Source: Eledone cirrhosa (Eukaryota). Taken from it: a DNA stretch of 64,000 bases. The stretch's first letter is position 1; every line of letters starts with the position of its first letter. The translations under genes and the position numbers were made by a program. Shown here in pieces: positions 1 to 12,241 of this stretch. The stretch spans positions 22,492-86,491 of the forward strand of contig CAXHJY010000225.1 of the NCBI GenBank assembly GCA_964016885.1. Reading direction: 5' to 3'. Under the pieces are notes generated by a model. It searched no databases, had not been told where the DNA came from, and saw nothing but the letters and a program-made list of their open reading frames with translations.

Positions 1-84
1 GAATTTTCCAGCTACATAAACATACACACGCACATATGCATACTGCTCATTAGATTAAAATGCATAATATTAACCGATTTAAAT

Positions 85-380
85 AATACCACCAACTATT
101 TAAGTACAAGATTTGAAGTTTTCTGCAGATGCAGTCATGTGAATATATACACAAGGAATAAATATATACATTAATAAAAAAAATATATCATTTCCAGTGA
201 TTGAAATAATATTACCAACTATTTAGATACAAGATCTGAAGTTTTCTGTAAATTCAACCACGTAAATATATAAACACATTAAGGAAAAACTACATCTACC
301 GAGTTAAATAATATTAGCAACTATTAAATAGTCGCTAATAGGAAAGCTGAAGTTTTCTGCAAGTGTAGTCACGTAGATAA
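85..380. repeat. Diverged ~120-bp tandem repeat, about 3 copies
   Basis: Motif CAACTATT...GAAGTTTTCTG...CA(C/T)GT recurs near 90, 215 and 320. Confidence 0.55.
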
Positions 381-587
381 GTTTTCTTTAATAAATTACA
401 GCATGATAATTACATACAATTGACTCACTGATCGTAAACTGCAATATCAACCGGAAGTTTTACAACATTCCAGATGTTTACAATATGTTTTTTTCCAGAT
501 GCCACATAAAATATGTTTACATTGCAGATTACCCTGCTTTCTAAATTTTCCGATATTTATTTTCATGATGGCTGATGGTTAAATGTC

Positions 588-653
588 TGCGTGGTTAAAG
601 AGTTAAACCAGCAAACACATGCTCCTGGGTTCAATTCTACTGCACAGCACCTT

Positions 654-703
<50 letters not shown>

Positions 704-767
704 CGAGCTCCGAGTTGACAAATGTCTTATTAATGGAACTTGTTGGACGGTAAATTCAGAAACCTGT

Positions 768-836
<69 letters not shown>

Positions 837-880
837 TTATATCCCATAAATTAGCGTTTCGATAAAAGGAGATCGATTAA
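588..880 (+). mobile_element. Degenerate tRNA-derived SINE with internal (TA)n, (GA)n and (GT)n tracts
   Basis: Box A-like GCGTGGTTAA and box B-like GGGTTCAATTC, followed by microsatellites. Confidence 0.45.
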
Positions 881-1459
881 AGAATCTTCCATCCCGGTTT
901 ATACCAGAGCCTTATATTCCAAACATTAGTTTTATAATGAGAATTTTTACTTATGTTACTAAAACAATCTAAATTCTAAATTATTTTGGAAATGATTTTA
1001 AAATTATAGGCAGTCTTTTATTGGAAATGTGTTCCAGAAATGAAATAAATACGTAGTTGTATCGATATGGTCGATTAAATGAAAATGGTGCTCCAGCATG
1101 ACCACAGCCTTGTTACACTAAATCTCCCATGAGAAATGTGGAAAGAGTACACGTGTGTTTGGGCCATTGCGTGTTGATACTACTAGCAGTCGGTTTCGTT
1201 CATCAGTCACCTGGAATACTTGTCCTCCAATCGACGAAGGCCCAGTATAGCGTCCTTCACTAGAAACAGAGTATTTAGGTGTTTCCATAGATAAACCTTT
1301 CAATCGAAATCTAATTCAATATTCTCCCAGATATACAAATTGATACGAAACTATCATTCGATCTGCGAAAGTTAACAGCCACAATTTCCTTCAAGTTACA
1401 CCACAACATTAAACAAAAGAAACACTACTGTGATTAATCTAGTTTTAAGCATATTATAT

Positions 1460-1556
1460 CTTCTTCTTCTTCTTCTTCTTCTTCTTCTTCTTCTTCTTCT
1501 TCTTCTTCTTCTTCTTCTTCTTCTTCTTCTTCTTCTTCTTCTTCTTCTTCTTCTTC
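1460..1556. repeat. (CTT)n microsatellite, possibly the (AAG)n tail of a minus-strand retroelement 3' fragment at ~1557-1820
   Basis: Pure CTT run next to a GC-richer non-repetitive segment. The tail interpretation is inference. Confidence 0.85.
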
Positions 1557-1819
1557 ACCCAGCTAGTCGTGGGGGCAGGGTCCTCAAGTACAGTTGGTCT
1601 TTCCAATAACTACTGTCTCCAATTGAAGCTGGATCCTCGAGCGAGACCAGCCGAGGTGATGGTTGTTATATAAACATCTTAGCCGGGGTCAGTTGGCTCT
1701 GCTTGTAAAATCTGCTGCGCACGAAAGTGGTTTGGTATGGCACCGGGTGGTAGGAGAACCCTTGGTTCAATCACGTTATCAAATCTGCCATCCGAGCAAA
1801 AGAAGGGCCTTATAAAGCT

Positions 1820-4800
1820 TGACATATCCTGAAAGTAAACATTACGTGAAACTCATGGTGACATATACCTGAAAGTAAACTTTACGTGAAACTCATGGTG
1901 ACATATACCTGAAAGTAAACATTACGTGAAACTCATGGTGACATATGCCTGAAAGTAAACATTACGTGAAACTCATGGTGACATATACCTGAAAGTAAAC
2001 ATTACGTGAAACTCATGGTGACATATACCTGAAAGTAAACTTTACGTGAAACTCATGGTGACATATACCTGAAAGTAAACTTTACGTGAAACTCATGGTG
2101 GCATATACCTGAAAGTAAACATTACGTGAAACTCATGGTGGCATATACCTGAAAGTAAACATTACGTGAAACTCATGGTGACATATACCTGAAAGTAAAC
2201 ATTACGTGAAACTCATGGTGACATATGCCTGAAAGTAAACATTACGTGAAACTCATGGTGACATATGCCTGAAAGTAAACATTACGTGAAACTCATGGTG
2301 ACATATACCTGAAAGTAAACATTACGTGAAACTCATGGTGACATATGCCTGAAAGTAAACATTACGTGAAACTCATGGTGACATATGCCTGAAAGTAAAC
2401 ATTACGTGAAACTCATGGTGACATATACCTGAAAGTAAACATTACGTGAAACTCATGGTGACATATACCTGAAAGTAAACATTACGTGAAACTCATGGTG
2501 ACATATGCCTGAAAGTAAACATTACGTGAAACTCATGGTGACATATACCTGAAAGTAAACATTACGTGAAACTCATGGTGACATATACCTGAAAGTAAAC
2601 ATTACGTGAAACTCATGGTGGCATATACCTGAAAGTAAACATTACGTGAAACTCATGGCGACATATGCCTGAAAGTAAACATTGCGTGAATCTCATGGTG
2701 GCATATACCTGAAAGTAAACATTACGTGAAACTCATGGTGGCATATACCTGAAAGTAAACATTACGTGAAACACATGGTGACATAGACCTGAAAGTAAAC
2801 ATTACGTGAAACTCATGGTGACATATACCTGAAAGTAAACATTACGTGAAACACATGGTGACATATGCCTGAAAGTAAACATTACGTGAAACTCATGGTG
2901 GCATATACCTGAAAGTAAACATTACGTGAAACTCATGGTGGCATATAGCTGAAAGTAAACATTACGTGAAACTCATGGCGACATATGCCTGAAAGTAAAC
3001 ATTACGTGAAACTCATGGTTGCATATACCTGAAAGTAAACATTACGTGAAACTCATGGTGACATATACCTGAAAGTAAACATTACGTGAAACTCATGGTG
3101 ACATAGACCTGAAAGTAAACATTACGTGAAACTCATGGTGACATATACCTGAAAGTAAACATTACGTGTAACTCATGGTGGCATATACATGAAAGTAAAC
3201 ATTACGTGAAACTCATGGTGGCATATACCTGAAAGTAAACATTACGTGAAACTCGTGTTGACATATACCTGAAAGTAAACATTACGTGAAACTCATGGTG
3301 GCATATACCTGAAAGTAAACATTACGTGAAACTCATGGTGACATATACCTGAAAGTAAACATTACGTGAAACTCATGGTGACATAGACCTGAAAGTAAAC
3401 ATTACGTGAAACCCATGGTGACATATACCTGAAAGTAAACATTACGTGTAACTCATGGTGGCATATACCTGAAAGTAAACATTACGTGAAACTCATGGTG
3501 GCATATACCTGAAAGTAAACATTACGTGAAACTCATGGTGACATATACCTGAAAGTAAACATTGCGTGAAACTCATGTTGACATATACCTGAAAGTAAAC
3601 ATTGCGTGAAACTCATGGTGGCATATACCTGAAAGTAAACATTACGTGAAACTCATGGTGACATATACCTGAAAGTAAACATTACGTTAAACTCATGGTG
3701 ACATAGACCTGAAAGTAAACATTACGTGAAACTCATGGTGACATATACCTGAAAGTAAACATTACGTGAAACTCATGGTGGCATATACCTGAAAGTAAAC
3801 ATTACGTGAAACTCATGGTGGCATATACCTGAAAGTAAACATTACGTGAAACTCATGGTGGCATATACCTGAAAGTAAACATTACGTGAAACTCATGGTG
3901 GCATATACCTGAAAGTAAACATTACGTGAAACTCATGGTGACATATACCTGAAAGTAAACATTACGTGAAACTCATGGTGACATATACCTGAAAGTAAAC
4001 ATTACGTGAAACTCATGGTGACATATACCTGAAAGTAAACATTACGTGAAACTCATGGTGACATATACCTGAAAGTAAACATTACGTGAAACTCATGGTG
4101 ACATATGCCTGAAAGTAAACATTACGTGAAACTCATGGTTGCATATACCTGAAAGTAAACATTACGTGGAACTCATGGTTGCATATACCTGAAAGTAAAC
4201 ATTACGTGAAACTCATGATGACATATGCCTGAAAGTAAACATTACGTGAAACCCATGGTGACATATACCTCAAAGTAAACATTACGTGGAACTCATGGTG
4301 GCATATACCTGAAAGTAAACATTACGTGGAACTCATGGTGGCATATACCTGAAAGTAAACATTACGTGGAACTCATGGTGGCATATACCTGAAAGTAAAC
4401 ATTACGTGAAACTCATGGTGACATATGCCTGAAAGTAAACATTACGTGAAACTCATGGTGACATATACCTCAAAGTAAACATTACGTGGAACTCATGGTG
4501 GCATATACCTGAAAGTAAACATTACGTGGAACTCATGGTGGCATATACCTGAAAGTAAACATTACGTGGAACTCATGGTGGCATATACCTGAAAGTAAAC
4601 ATTACGTGAAACTCATGGTGACATATGCCTGAAAGTAAACATTACGTGAAACTCATGGTGACATATACCTCAAAGTAAACATTACGTGAAACTCATGGTG
4701 GCATATACCTGAAAGTAAACATTACGTGGAACTCATGGTGGCATATACCTGAAAGTAAACATTACGTGGAACTCATGGTGGCATATACCTGAAAGTAAAC

Positions 4801-4895
4801 ATTACGTGAAACTCATGGTGGCATATACCTGAAAGTAAACATTACGTGGAACTCATGGTGGCATATACCTGAAAGTAAACATTACGTGAAACTCC
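1820..4895. repeat. 40-bp satellite, about 77 copies
   Basis: Unit GACATATACCTGAAAGTAAACATTACGTGAAACTCATGGT in exact 40-bp register. Confidence 0.98.
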
Positions 4896-5357
4896 TGGCT
4901 GGAATATTTATAGTTATAGAAAGTTATGGCCAGGTATAGTCTGATACTAAACAATAACAACAATAACTATAATACCATGACGAATCATTGAATGGGCCTC
5001 GATGTGGTCGCTAGAAATAGCAACTAGAAATAGCAATCAAATCACGTGAACGTTAATTTAATTCATGAGCAGAGTCTTTCGTTGGAACACACGTCGTTAA
5101 AACCGACGGAGACCCAACAACAATAACAACAACATTTATGAACTAAGTTGCTATTTACTTCACCACTAATCAACCCGCAAGTCAACCGTGCTTCACTACC
5201 AAACATAGAACCAACCGACTGAACCAAAATATCCATTTAATTAACCGACTGGAACACATTTCCTACGCTACAGCGTTCTGAGTGTACCTGACAGCTCTTT
5301 GTCAGTCTGACTGACTGTCTATCAGTCAATTTGCCCGACAATTACTCATTTGTTTAG

Positions 5358-5414
<57 letters not shown>

Positions 5415-5428
5415 CAAAGGTATATATT

Positions 5429-5663
5429 GAGTTAGAAACTCAAAATAGTCTCTTACAATTAAATAGCTCTAAGAAAGAGGTTTTTCCGAGCCGTATTTTT
5501 CCGTGGTTATAGTTAGTATTTTTTTCACCCTAGCGAATCTGGTCCTTTACGATTTGAACACATATATGTATATATCTGTGTTTATCTTTCTTTTATATAC
5601 GGCTCGGAAAAATCTCTTTCCTTGAGCTATTTAATTGTAAGAGACTATTTTGAGTTTCTAACT
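5429..5663. repeat. Fold-back inverted repeat with ~67-bp arms
   Basis: GTTAGAAACTCAAAATAGTCTCTTACAATTAAATAGCTC...CCGAGCCGTAT (5429-5496) is reverse-complemented at 5597-5663. Confidence 0.85.
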
Positions 5664-5680
5664 GTAGCGAATAATCCAGT

Positions 5681-6390
5681 TGTAACGAATAAGGGGAGAG
5701 ATGGAATTGTTGGTATGATGATTTCAATGCGAAGAATAATACCAGGATTGTGTTGTTACAAAGTTTATTTTATTTTAACAATATTCCATTTGAATATTGA
5801 ATGATAAAATCTATAACATGAAATATTCGTACAATAATTTGGTGGCTCTTTGAGCCACGTAAATACAAGTATCACAGAATACGATTATAATATAATTTGT
5901 ATTGTATCTGAAAGACAGTAATGGTGCGTGTGAAATGAAAACAGTGTGAACTTACTATGTGTGCGTATTAGTATACTTTCTTGTTTTAGCAGTAGTAGTT
6001 AATCATTCAGCCAGGCGTGTAATGGCGTGTGAGAAGTTAGTAGACAAACGTTTTTCGTGACGAGAGTGTGTAAATGCGACCTGTCTTGTCTCTACTCCAC
6101 TTTTTCTCCCGGGGCGTAAACAAGCCCTGTATTTATAACGGTTGAAGTTGGAAGGATAGATATATCCTCTGACCTTTGGTTAGAATCTCCCAAGAGATTG
6201 GTCTGCCGGGCGTAAACAACTTAGAAGGATGGATATATCTTACCTCTTTTTTTTTGCCAGGCGTAAACAACACCTGACCTGTGTTTAGCATCTCCCAAGG
6301 GGTTGGTCTGCCGGGCGTAAACAACTAACCACGGCTTGTCCCAGAGGCGGGAAAGCTCAGATTCGGTTTCGAATCTTCGCCGCCGTTATA
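5681..6390 (-). mobile_element. 3' LTR of Gypsy element (~710 bp)
   Basis: Terminal inverted TGTAACG...CGTTA(T)A. Minus-strand PPT GGAAGGGGGG immediately inside (~6394-6403). Minus-strand TATA at ~6130-6138 and AATAAA at ~5765-5775. U3-like repeats GGCGTAAACAAC. Confidence 0.75.
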
Positions 6391-6693
6391 GTACCCCCCT
6401 TCCAGTGAGAAAGCTAAAGATTGAACGATCTAGGTGTATGTGAAATTAAGATAGGTATGACTAGGTGTGTTGTTGAAGAAAATCAGAAAAAAACTACATT
6501 AAAGTCATTTACAAACAGGCGAAAGGAAAGAAAACATGCAAAGCAAAACAAATTTACATCCAGGAAAATATAGTGTGATGTTACATAATCTTGAAAATGT
6601 TCATTTATTTCATAGAAATGGGAAAACTTTCTTTTGTCTGTTCTTTTGATGTGTATGATGCACAGGGTCAATTGATTTGTGTGTAGCAATAGT

Positions 6694-7655
6694 TCATGAC
6701 CACAGAAATTGGCCGATTCGTTGAAATGTACAAATTAGCCGAAATGTCGACCAGGTGCATAATTTGTACTTACCCCATAAACTTGTACGTATCGTGTGGG
6801 TCATCGAACTATTCTTCCAGATTTGGTGTGTCGGGGTTGTGCAGAATTTGTCGTGTTTGTGTCGGGAAAAGTTGTTGGTGAGTCTGCTGGTGGGCACTGG
6901 TGGCAAATCCTGTTCTATGAACGCTTTTTTTAAACGATCAATGGAGACGGTATTTCGTTTCCCGTTCAAGTCGAGGACGAAATACTTAGGGCATTTCTGT
7001 ATCACCTTATAGGGCTCGGAATACGGCGGACGAAGTTGCGATGGAATACCGTCATTTTTAACGAAAACATGCGTCCATGTATCGATGTCTTTTGGTATGT
7101 GTGAAGTAACGTGCTGTTGTTTAGGGGATGAAGGAGACAGATGCGACATCGATGACCGTAAACGGTGCAGATATTTTGGGAGGTCTGGAAGTTCTTGTGA
7201 CGAAACAGGAGCGATCATTTGCCCGAGTAGAGCGAGTACGGTGCCATAAACCATTTCAGCCGGAGAATGTCCGACTCCCCCCTTAACAGTGGAACGAATA
7301 CCGAGAAGAATGAGTGAGAGGTATTCGAACCAGTTAGTGGAGTCTGCGTAAGCCTTGATGGCTGCTTTTAGCTGATGGTGGAAACGTTCAACCATGCCGT
7401 TAGATGCAGGGTGATACGCCGTTGTACGGATGTGTTTACACCCGAGGAGACGAGTCAGCTCGTTAAAGAGGTGCGAATCGAACTGACCTCCTCTATCCGT
7501 AGTGATGGTCGCGGGTGTGCCGAAACGCGAAACCCAGTGAAACACTAGCGTTTTAGCGACAGTTTCTGCAGTAATATTTGTCAGGGGAAAAGCTTCTGGT
7601 CAGTGAGAGAATCTGTCGACACAGGTGAGAAGATGAGTGTAGTTGTGAGAAGGAC
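6694..7655 (-). pseudogene. Gypsy/Ty3 integrase core and C-terminal region, disrupted
   Basis: LLTCVDRFSH*PEAFPL..., [25 protein letters not shown] (DDE core), [11 protein letters not shown] (GPY/F-like), VSIDRLK. In-frame stop upstream of the ORF start. Confidence 0.92.
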
Positions 7656-7656
7656 G

Positions 7657-8430
7657 CTACAATGCTGAGTTACCCCAAACCTGACGCCCCAATGTGTTTA
7701 TTGACTGATGCATCCGATTTCGGAGTTGGAGGTGTGCTTCAACAACTCTCTGGCGATATTTGGCTACCTGTTTCTTTTTTCTCTAAGTGATTAAAACCCG
7801 CCAAAACTAAGTACAGCACATTCAGTCGTGAATTATTGGCAGCATACCTTGCTGTCAAGCATTTTCGACACATGCTAGGTCATGTGTTCTCCATGTACAC
7901 CGACCACAAACCACCAGTGTACACTTTCAACGCCAAGCCTGACCGACACTCACCCAGGGAGGTCCGACATCTGGACTTCATTTCTCAGTACACTACTGAC
8001 ATTCGGTACATTAAGGGTGCCACCAACTCAGCAGCTGATGCCCTATCGCGCATGGAGCTTAACGCAATCACACCACTGCCACTATCGATCTCCAGAAGAT
8101 TCCAGCGGATCAACAGAATGACGATGAACTGCTGCAGCTACGGAAATCATCCTTGAAATTGCAGGAATGCCCGCTGCCCTCTTCTTCGGGTTATATTTGG
8201 TGCGACATCTCCACAAGCCACGAGCGCCCAACCGTGCCCCGGAAACATCGACGTTTTTCCGGCACTGCATTCTCTGGCACATCCTGGCGTCCGTGCCACG
8301 CAGAAACGGATGGTTGCCCACTTCGTGTGGCCCAAGATCAACAAGGACACCCGCGAATGGGCTAGGAATTGTATCGCGTGCCAGAAGACGAAAATTGACC
8401 GGCACATCAAAGCCCCGATCGGTTCTTCTA
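7657..8430 (+). pseudogene. Gypsy RNase H plus integrase H2C2 zinc-finger fragment, frameshifted
   Basis: TDASDFGVGGVLQQ, YSTFSRELLAAYLAVKHF, YTDHKP, YIKGATNSAADALSR, then HSLAHPG...WPKINKD...CIACQK across frames. Confidence 0.9.
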
Positions 8431-8431
8431 A

Positions 8432-9382
8432 TGTAGCGAAATCTGTCCTCGCCTTGAACCTTGGGTGACACCTAAAGGTCAAATTCTAGGTCACCACTCT
8501 TTTGGTGTGAACAGGTTGATGCGTTGGCTATCCCCTCAAGGTGGGAGGCAAGAAGCGACAGGTATATAAAGCCTTTATCATTCCATGTTTAAACAGAGAC
8601 ATCGGAGCACCCCACTACAGAACAAGCTCTGTAAAGATTCACCACTATCAACAGACACCATGAGGTCTACAGATACACACAGAGAGATTTGAGCCCTACT
8701 ACTACAGACCATTCAGAGGTATACAAACCATTACTCTCTCTCACTCACTATGGTTTCAACTATTACCACGGACTCCAACAACAACAACATTATCTGTTCG
8801 CTTGCTGTTTTCACACCAACAACAACAGTCAACTACTACAGACTACAACAGTCTCATAAACCAACAACAAAATAACATTGTCAATCTCCGCAACTCTTGG
8901 TAACTGTTTTATTGTACTTTTTGATTCACGTGAAGTAAACTCATATATATAAACCAAATCATTTATTCTTATTATTCTTATTATAATCATTTCTAATAAC
9001 CACATATAACCATTTTATTACATATTTATACCCTTCGTTAAATAACTCAATATATACCTTTGATATATTCGGCTCAGTCAATTTGTTGAGCTAACTTAAA
9101 TGTCGAGTAAACTTGGCTGCTATTTTTAGTAGCATGCGTTTGTGAGACACGCTAGGTTCTGATGCCATGTGCGTTATTTTATATACGCACAATATTCAGT
9201 CTCTGAGATACTTAGAAGTGAAGGGTTTATTAATTTTACACCCACTGATGTCTGGGTGTCTGGTAGTTACCCCATACCGGTTTGTATTTATTTTCTTGAT
9301 TTATTCTTTTAAATTGAGTCTGCAAAACCCTATTGTTCATAGTCAGTATTTTTTCACCCTAGCGAATTTGGTCCCTTTTACA
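8432..9382 (+). mobile_element. Probable solo LTR (~950 bp)
   Basis: Starts TGTA and ends TACA, with TATATAAA at ~8563. Its 3' end (TCACCCTAGCGAATTTGGTCC) also occurs at ~5525-5548. No TSD seen. Confidence 0.5.
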
Positions 9383-9602
9383 TATATATACTAACCTTAC
9401 ATAGATCGATAACGAGGTATAGTTACGATGTATTATCATCACCTAGAAACGATCGTAAAGCAGTGAAGTATATTTTTAAGGACTTGATTTTTTATTTCAT
9501 TGTTTTAATATATATGTGTATATATATACATAAGTGGAAGCTTAGTAAAATCGAAGCTTTATATATATATATATAAAGTTATATATATATATATAAATTA
9601 TA

Positions 9603-9653
<51 letters not shown>

Positions 9654-9657
<4 letters not shown>

Positions 9658-10330
9658 GAGAGGTATAGAGATTGTTTTAGCAAGAAGCTAACGGCATTCT
9701 ATAACATATATGCGACTATAACGTCAAGATGGGAAAAGTAGTTAACGAAAGATTTAGGAAAAATAACTCAAACTCATCTCAAAAGAGAATCAGGATATAA
9801 ATTCATCCACAGAATTTAGTAAAATCCAGGGAAAAATCTATAGACCTTTAACTCATGATAAAATAAAGTTTGAAACACTTATCCTTCAATTTGGAATAAC
9901 ATCAAATGCTCTGTATAGTCTTAAAAGACTATTTCATGAAAACTTTCAGTGGAGATGGTCATGGTTGGATTTCATTCATCAGCAGAGCTCAACAGAAACC
10001 AGGGCTCTCACAGTAATATAATCCGAAAAAGGGAGTTCTAAAACTGGCAAGTTCGCCTTCATGTGTATTTATGAAAAAGCACATGAGGAAAAAACGGGGT
10101 TAGTGACGTCAGGATGGAAGTGAATGTTTATTTACAAGAAATAGCAGTCAAATACATTCTGAAAAAAACTCTACAAAGGAGTTCAGCAAAATAGCAGTAA
10201 TTATCACAGTTTTTATGAAAAAAACCGGGATTAGTCACAGATAGTTTAAGCACTCTAGGAAAAGAATCCGAGTATAAATATAAATGAGAGGTATAGAGAT
10301 TGTTTTAGCAAGAAGCTAACGGCATTCTAT

Positions 10331-10335
<5 letters not shown>
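9654..10335 (-). mobile_element. Non-autonomous Penelope pLTR/retrozyme-like unit (625-bp period) with ~57-bp terminal direct repeats
   Basis: AAATGAGAGGTATAGAGATTGTTTTAGCAAGAAGCTAACGGCATTCTATAACAT at both 9654 and 10279. Contains a hammerhead and sits within (TA)n. Confidence 0.6.
9908..9988 (-). ncRNA. Type I hammerhead ribozyme
   Basis: Minus strand: GCTCTG-CTGATGA-ATGAAA..TTTCAT-GAAA-TAGTCTT tt AAGACTA-TA-CAGAGC. Stems I, II and III pair perfectly; AUA cleavage triplet. Confidence 0.9.
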
Positions 10336-10384
<49 letters not shown>

Positions 10385-10448
10385 TTATATATATAGATAT
10401 ATATATATATATATATAGATATATATATTGTTATTTCTGTTTACCTTT

Positions 10449-10480
<32 letters not shown>

Positions 10481-10486
10481 TATAAG

Positions 10487-10536
<50 letters not shown>

Positions 10537-10554
10537 TGTTATTTCTGTTTACCT

Positions 10555-10586
<32 letters not shown>

Positions 10587-10589
10587 AGT

Positions 10590-10684
<95 letters not shown>

Positions 10685-10688
<4 letters not shown>

Positions 10689-10857
10689 AAGTGAGGGTTT
10701 TTTTTTTTACAAAATGAAAAATGACCGAGGTGTCCTACACGAGTGAAAGTATAAAGAAAAAGAGATGAAATCGAAAATGCAACTGGAGTCTTTACCGGTT
10801 TCGCAGTTCTTCTGCTTTTCAAAAGGTGAGTTGAGATGGAGGGTCTGTGGTTTTTCT

Positions 10858-10862
<5 letters not shown>
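10685..10862 (-). mobile_element. Penelope pLTR remnant, same family as 25331-25695, with U3-A8 hammerhead core
   Basis: Near-identical to the 25.3-25.7 kb arms. Minus strand reads CCTT TTGAAAA GCAG AAGAA CTGC GAAACCGGTA AAG. Confidence 0.65.
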
Positions 10863-10920
<58 letters not shown>

Positions 10921-10927
<7 letters not shown>

Positions 10928-11082
10928 CATAATCGGAGAAAGCTAATAGCGATACTCCGGCCAAATCCCAACTCACTCAACAAACATTAGGAAATACCTG
11001 AGTATATTCCCAATTAAACGTTCGGGGTGCTAACTAATTGTATTGTGTGGAAAGTTGGCTGTATCATATCATGTGAGATATA
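10921..11082 (+). repeat. Dispersed ~160-bp repeat, with an inverted copy at ~38120-38277
   Basis: GAGAAAGCTAATAGCGATACTC...ATCATGTGAGATATA matches the reverse complement of the 38120-38277 segment. Confidence 0.75.
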
Positions 11083-11102
11083 TATTATTTCTTTTTACCT
11101 TT

Positions 11103-11172
<70 letters not shown>

Positions 11173-11360
11173 AAAAATGAAATTTCATTTCTCACTCTTA
11201 CTACGGCTGATACTTAAATATAAGTATGTATACGTACATACATATATGTATACAGACGTACAGTAGTATGAATATATATACATGCACACATATATATATA
11301 TATGTACGTATGGGTTTACCGAACATTTACAACTAATTCGGGCTGTTTGTTTAGCGAGCA

Positions 11361-11453
11361 TTTGCCTTTCATCCTTACGGGGTCGATAAAATAAAGTACC
11401 AGTAATACACTGGGTAATTGCTGGCCTTGTGCCTAACGTAGAAACAATTATAA
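11361..11453 (+). mobile_element. SINE 3' half
   Basis: TTTGCCTTTCATCCTTACGGGGTCGATAAAATAAAGTACCAG...GTAGAAACAATT. Confidence 0.85.
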
Positions 11454-11521
11454 TAAATGCTCGATAAACCCATACGTACATGTATATGTATGCATGTATG
11501 TATGTATGTATGTATATATAT

Positions 11522-12129
11522 GTCAGGTCACCAGTTGGTGCTACTGGTAACATGTATCCCAGTACAACCTGTCTCATGGTCGGGTCGTTGGCGACTAAAC
11601 TGGCAACCCCACCAAGGTTTCTTGGTGAGGAGGGTGACTTTGGACATCTGCAGGACTAAAAACAAAACCTGTCAAAAGGGCAAAGGAGCTCTTAAGAGTC
11701 AATGGCCATCCAAAATCACCGGGAGAGATGACCCCTTAGCCTTTGTCAAGGCAGAATTCTAGGAGAAGGAAAACTCTGATATAACACCTGCAACCCTGAT
11801 GGTATCCAATGATGTTGACTTGTTCTTCTTTTTGGTAAATATCATCTTGGTTAAGAGAGTGGGACTGGCTTTGTGCAGTGCCTTTGCTCACTATAAAAGC
11901 TTCATGGCACAGGCATTGCTTTATATCTGGAGATCTCTCTGCACTTGTCGTCACATGGTACCATGGGCCCAGCACTATGTGTCAATAATTGTCACAAGTG
12001 TAGTGTTTGTACCAGTTTTCAAGTCGCTGGCTGAGACTAAAGAGTCACACTCGTTCAGCGCATCGGTAGGAGTTCTCCTACATGGATATAAAGTAGTGGC
12101 CGTACTCGAAAACGAGTTGGCAGCCACCA
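11522..12129 (+). mobile_element. ~600-bp non-autonomous RTE-related element, copy 1
   Basis: Highly similar to 24251-24859. Contains GGAGAAGGAAAACTCTGA, which I recall as typical of RTE 5' UTRs. Flanked by microsatellites. Confidence 0.6.
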
Positions 12130-12185
12130 TATACATACTACTGTACGTCTGTATACATATATGTATGTACGTATACATACTTATA

Positions 12186-12241
<56 letters not shown>

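Noticed and set aside
1190-1212. CTGATGA-AC-GAAAC on the minus strand
   Set aside because: No room for stem II and no stem I or III.
1820-4895. CRISPR-like regular repeats
   Set aside because: No unique spacers, no cas genes, eukaryotic context.
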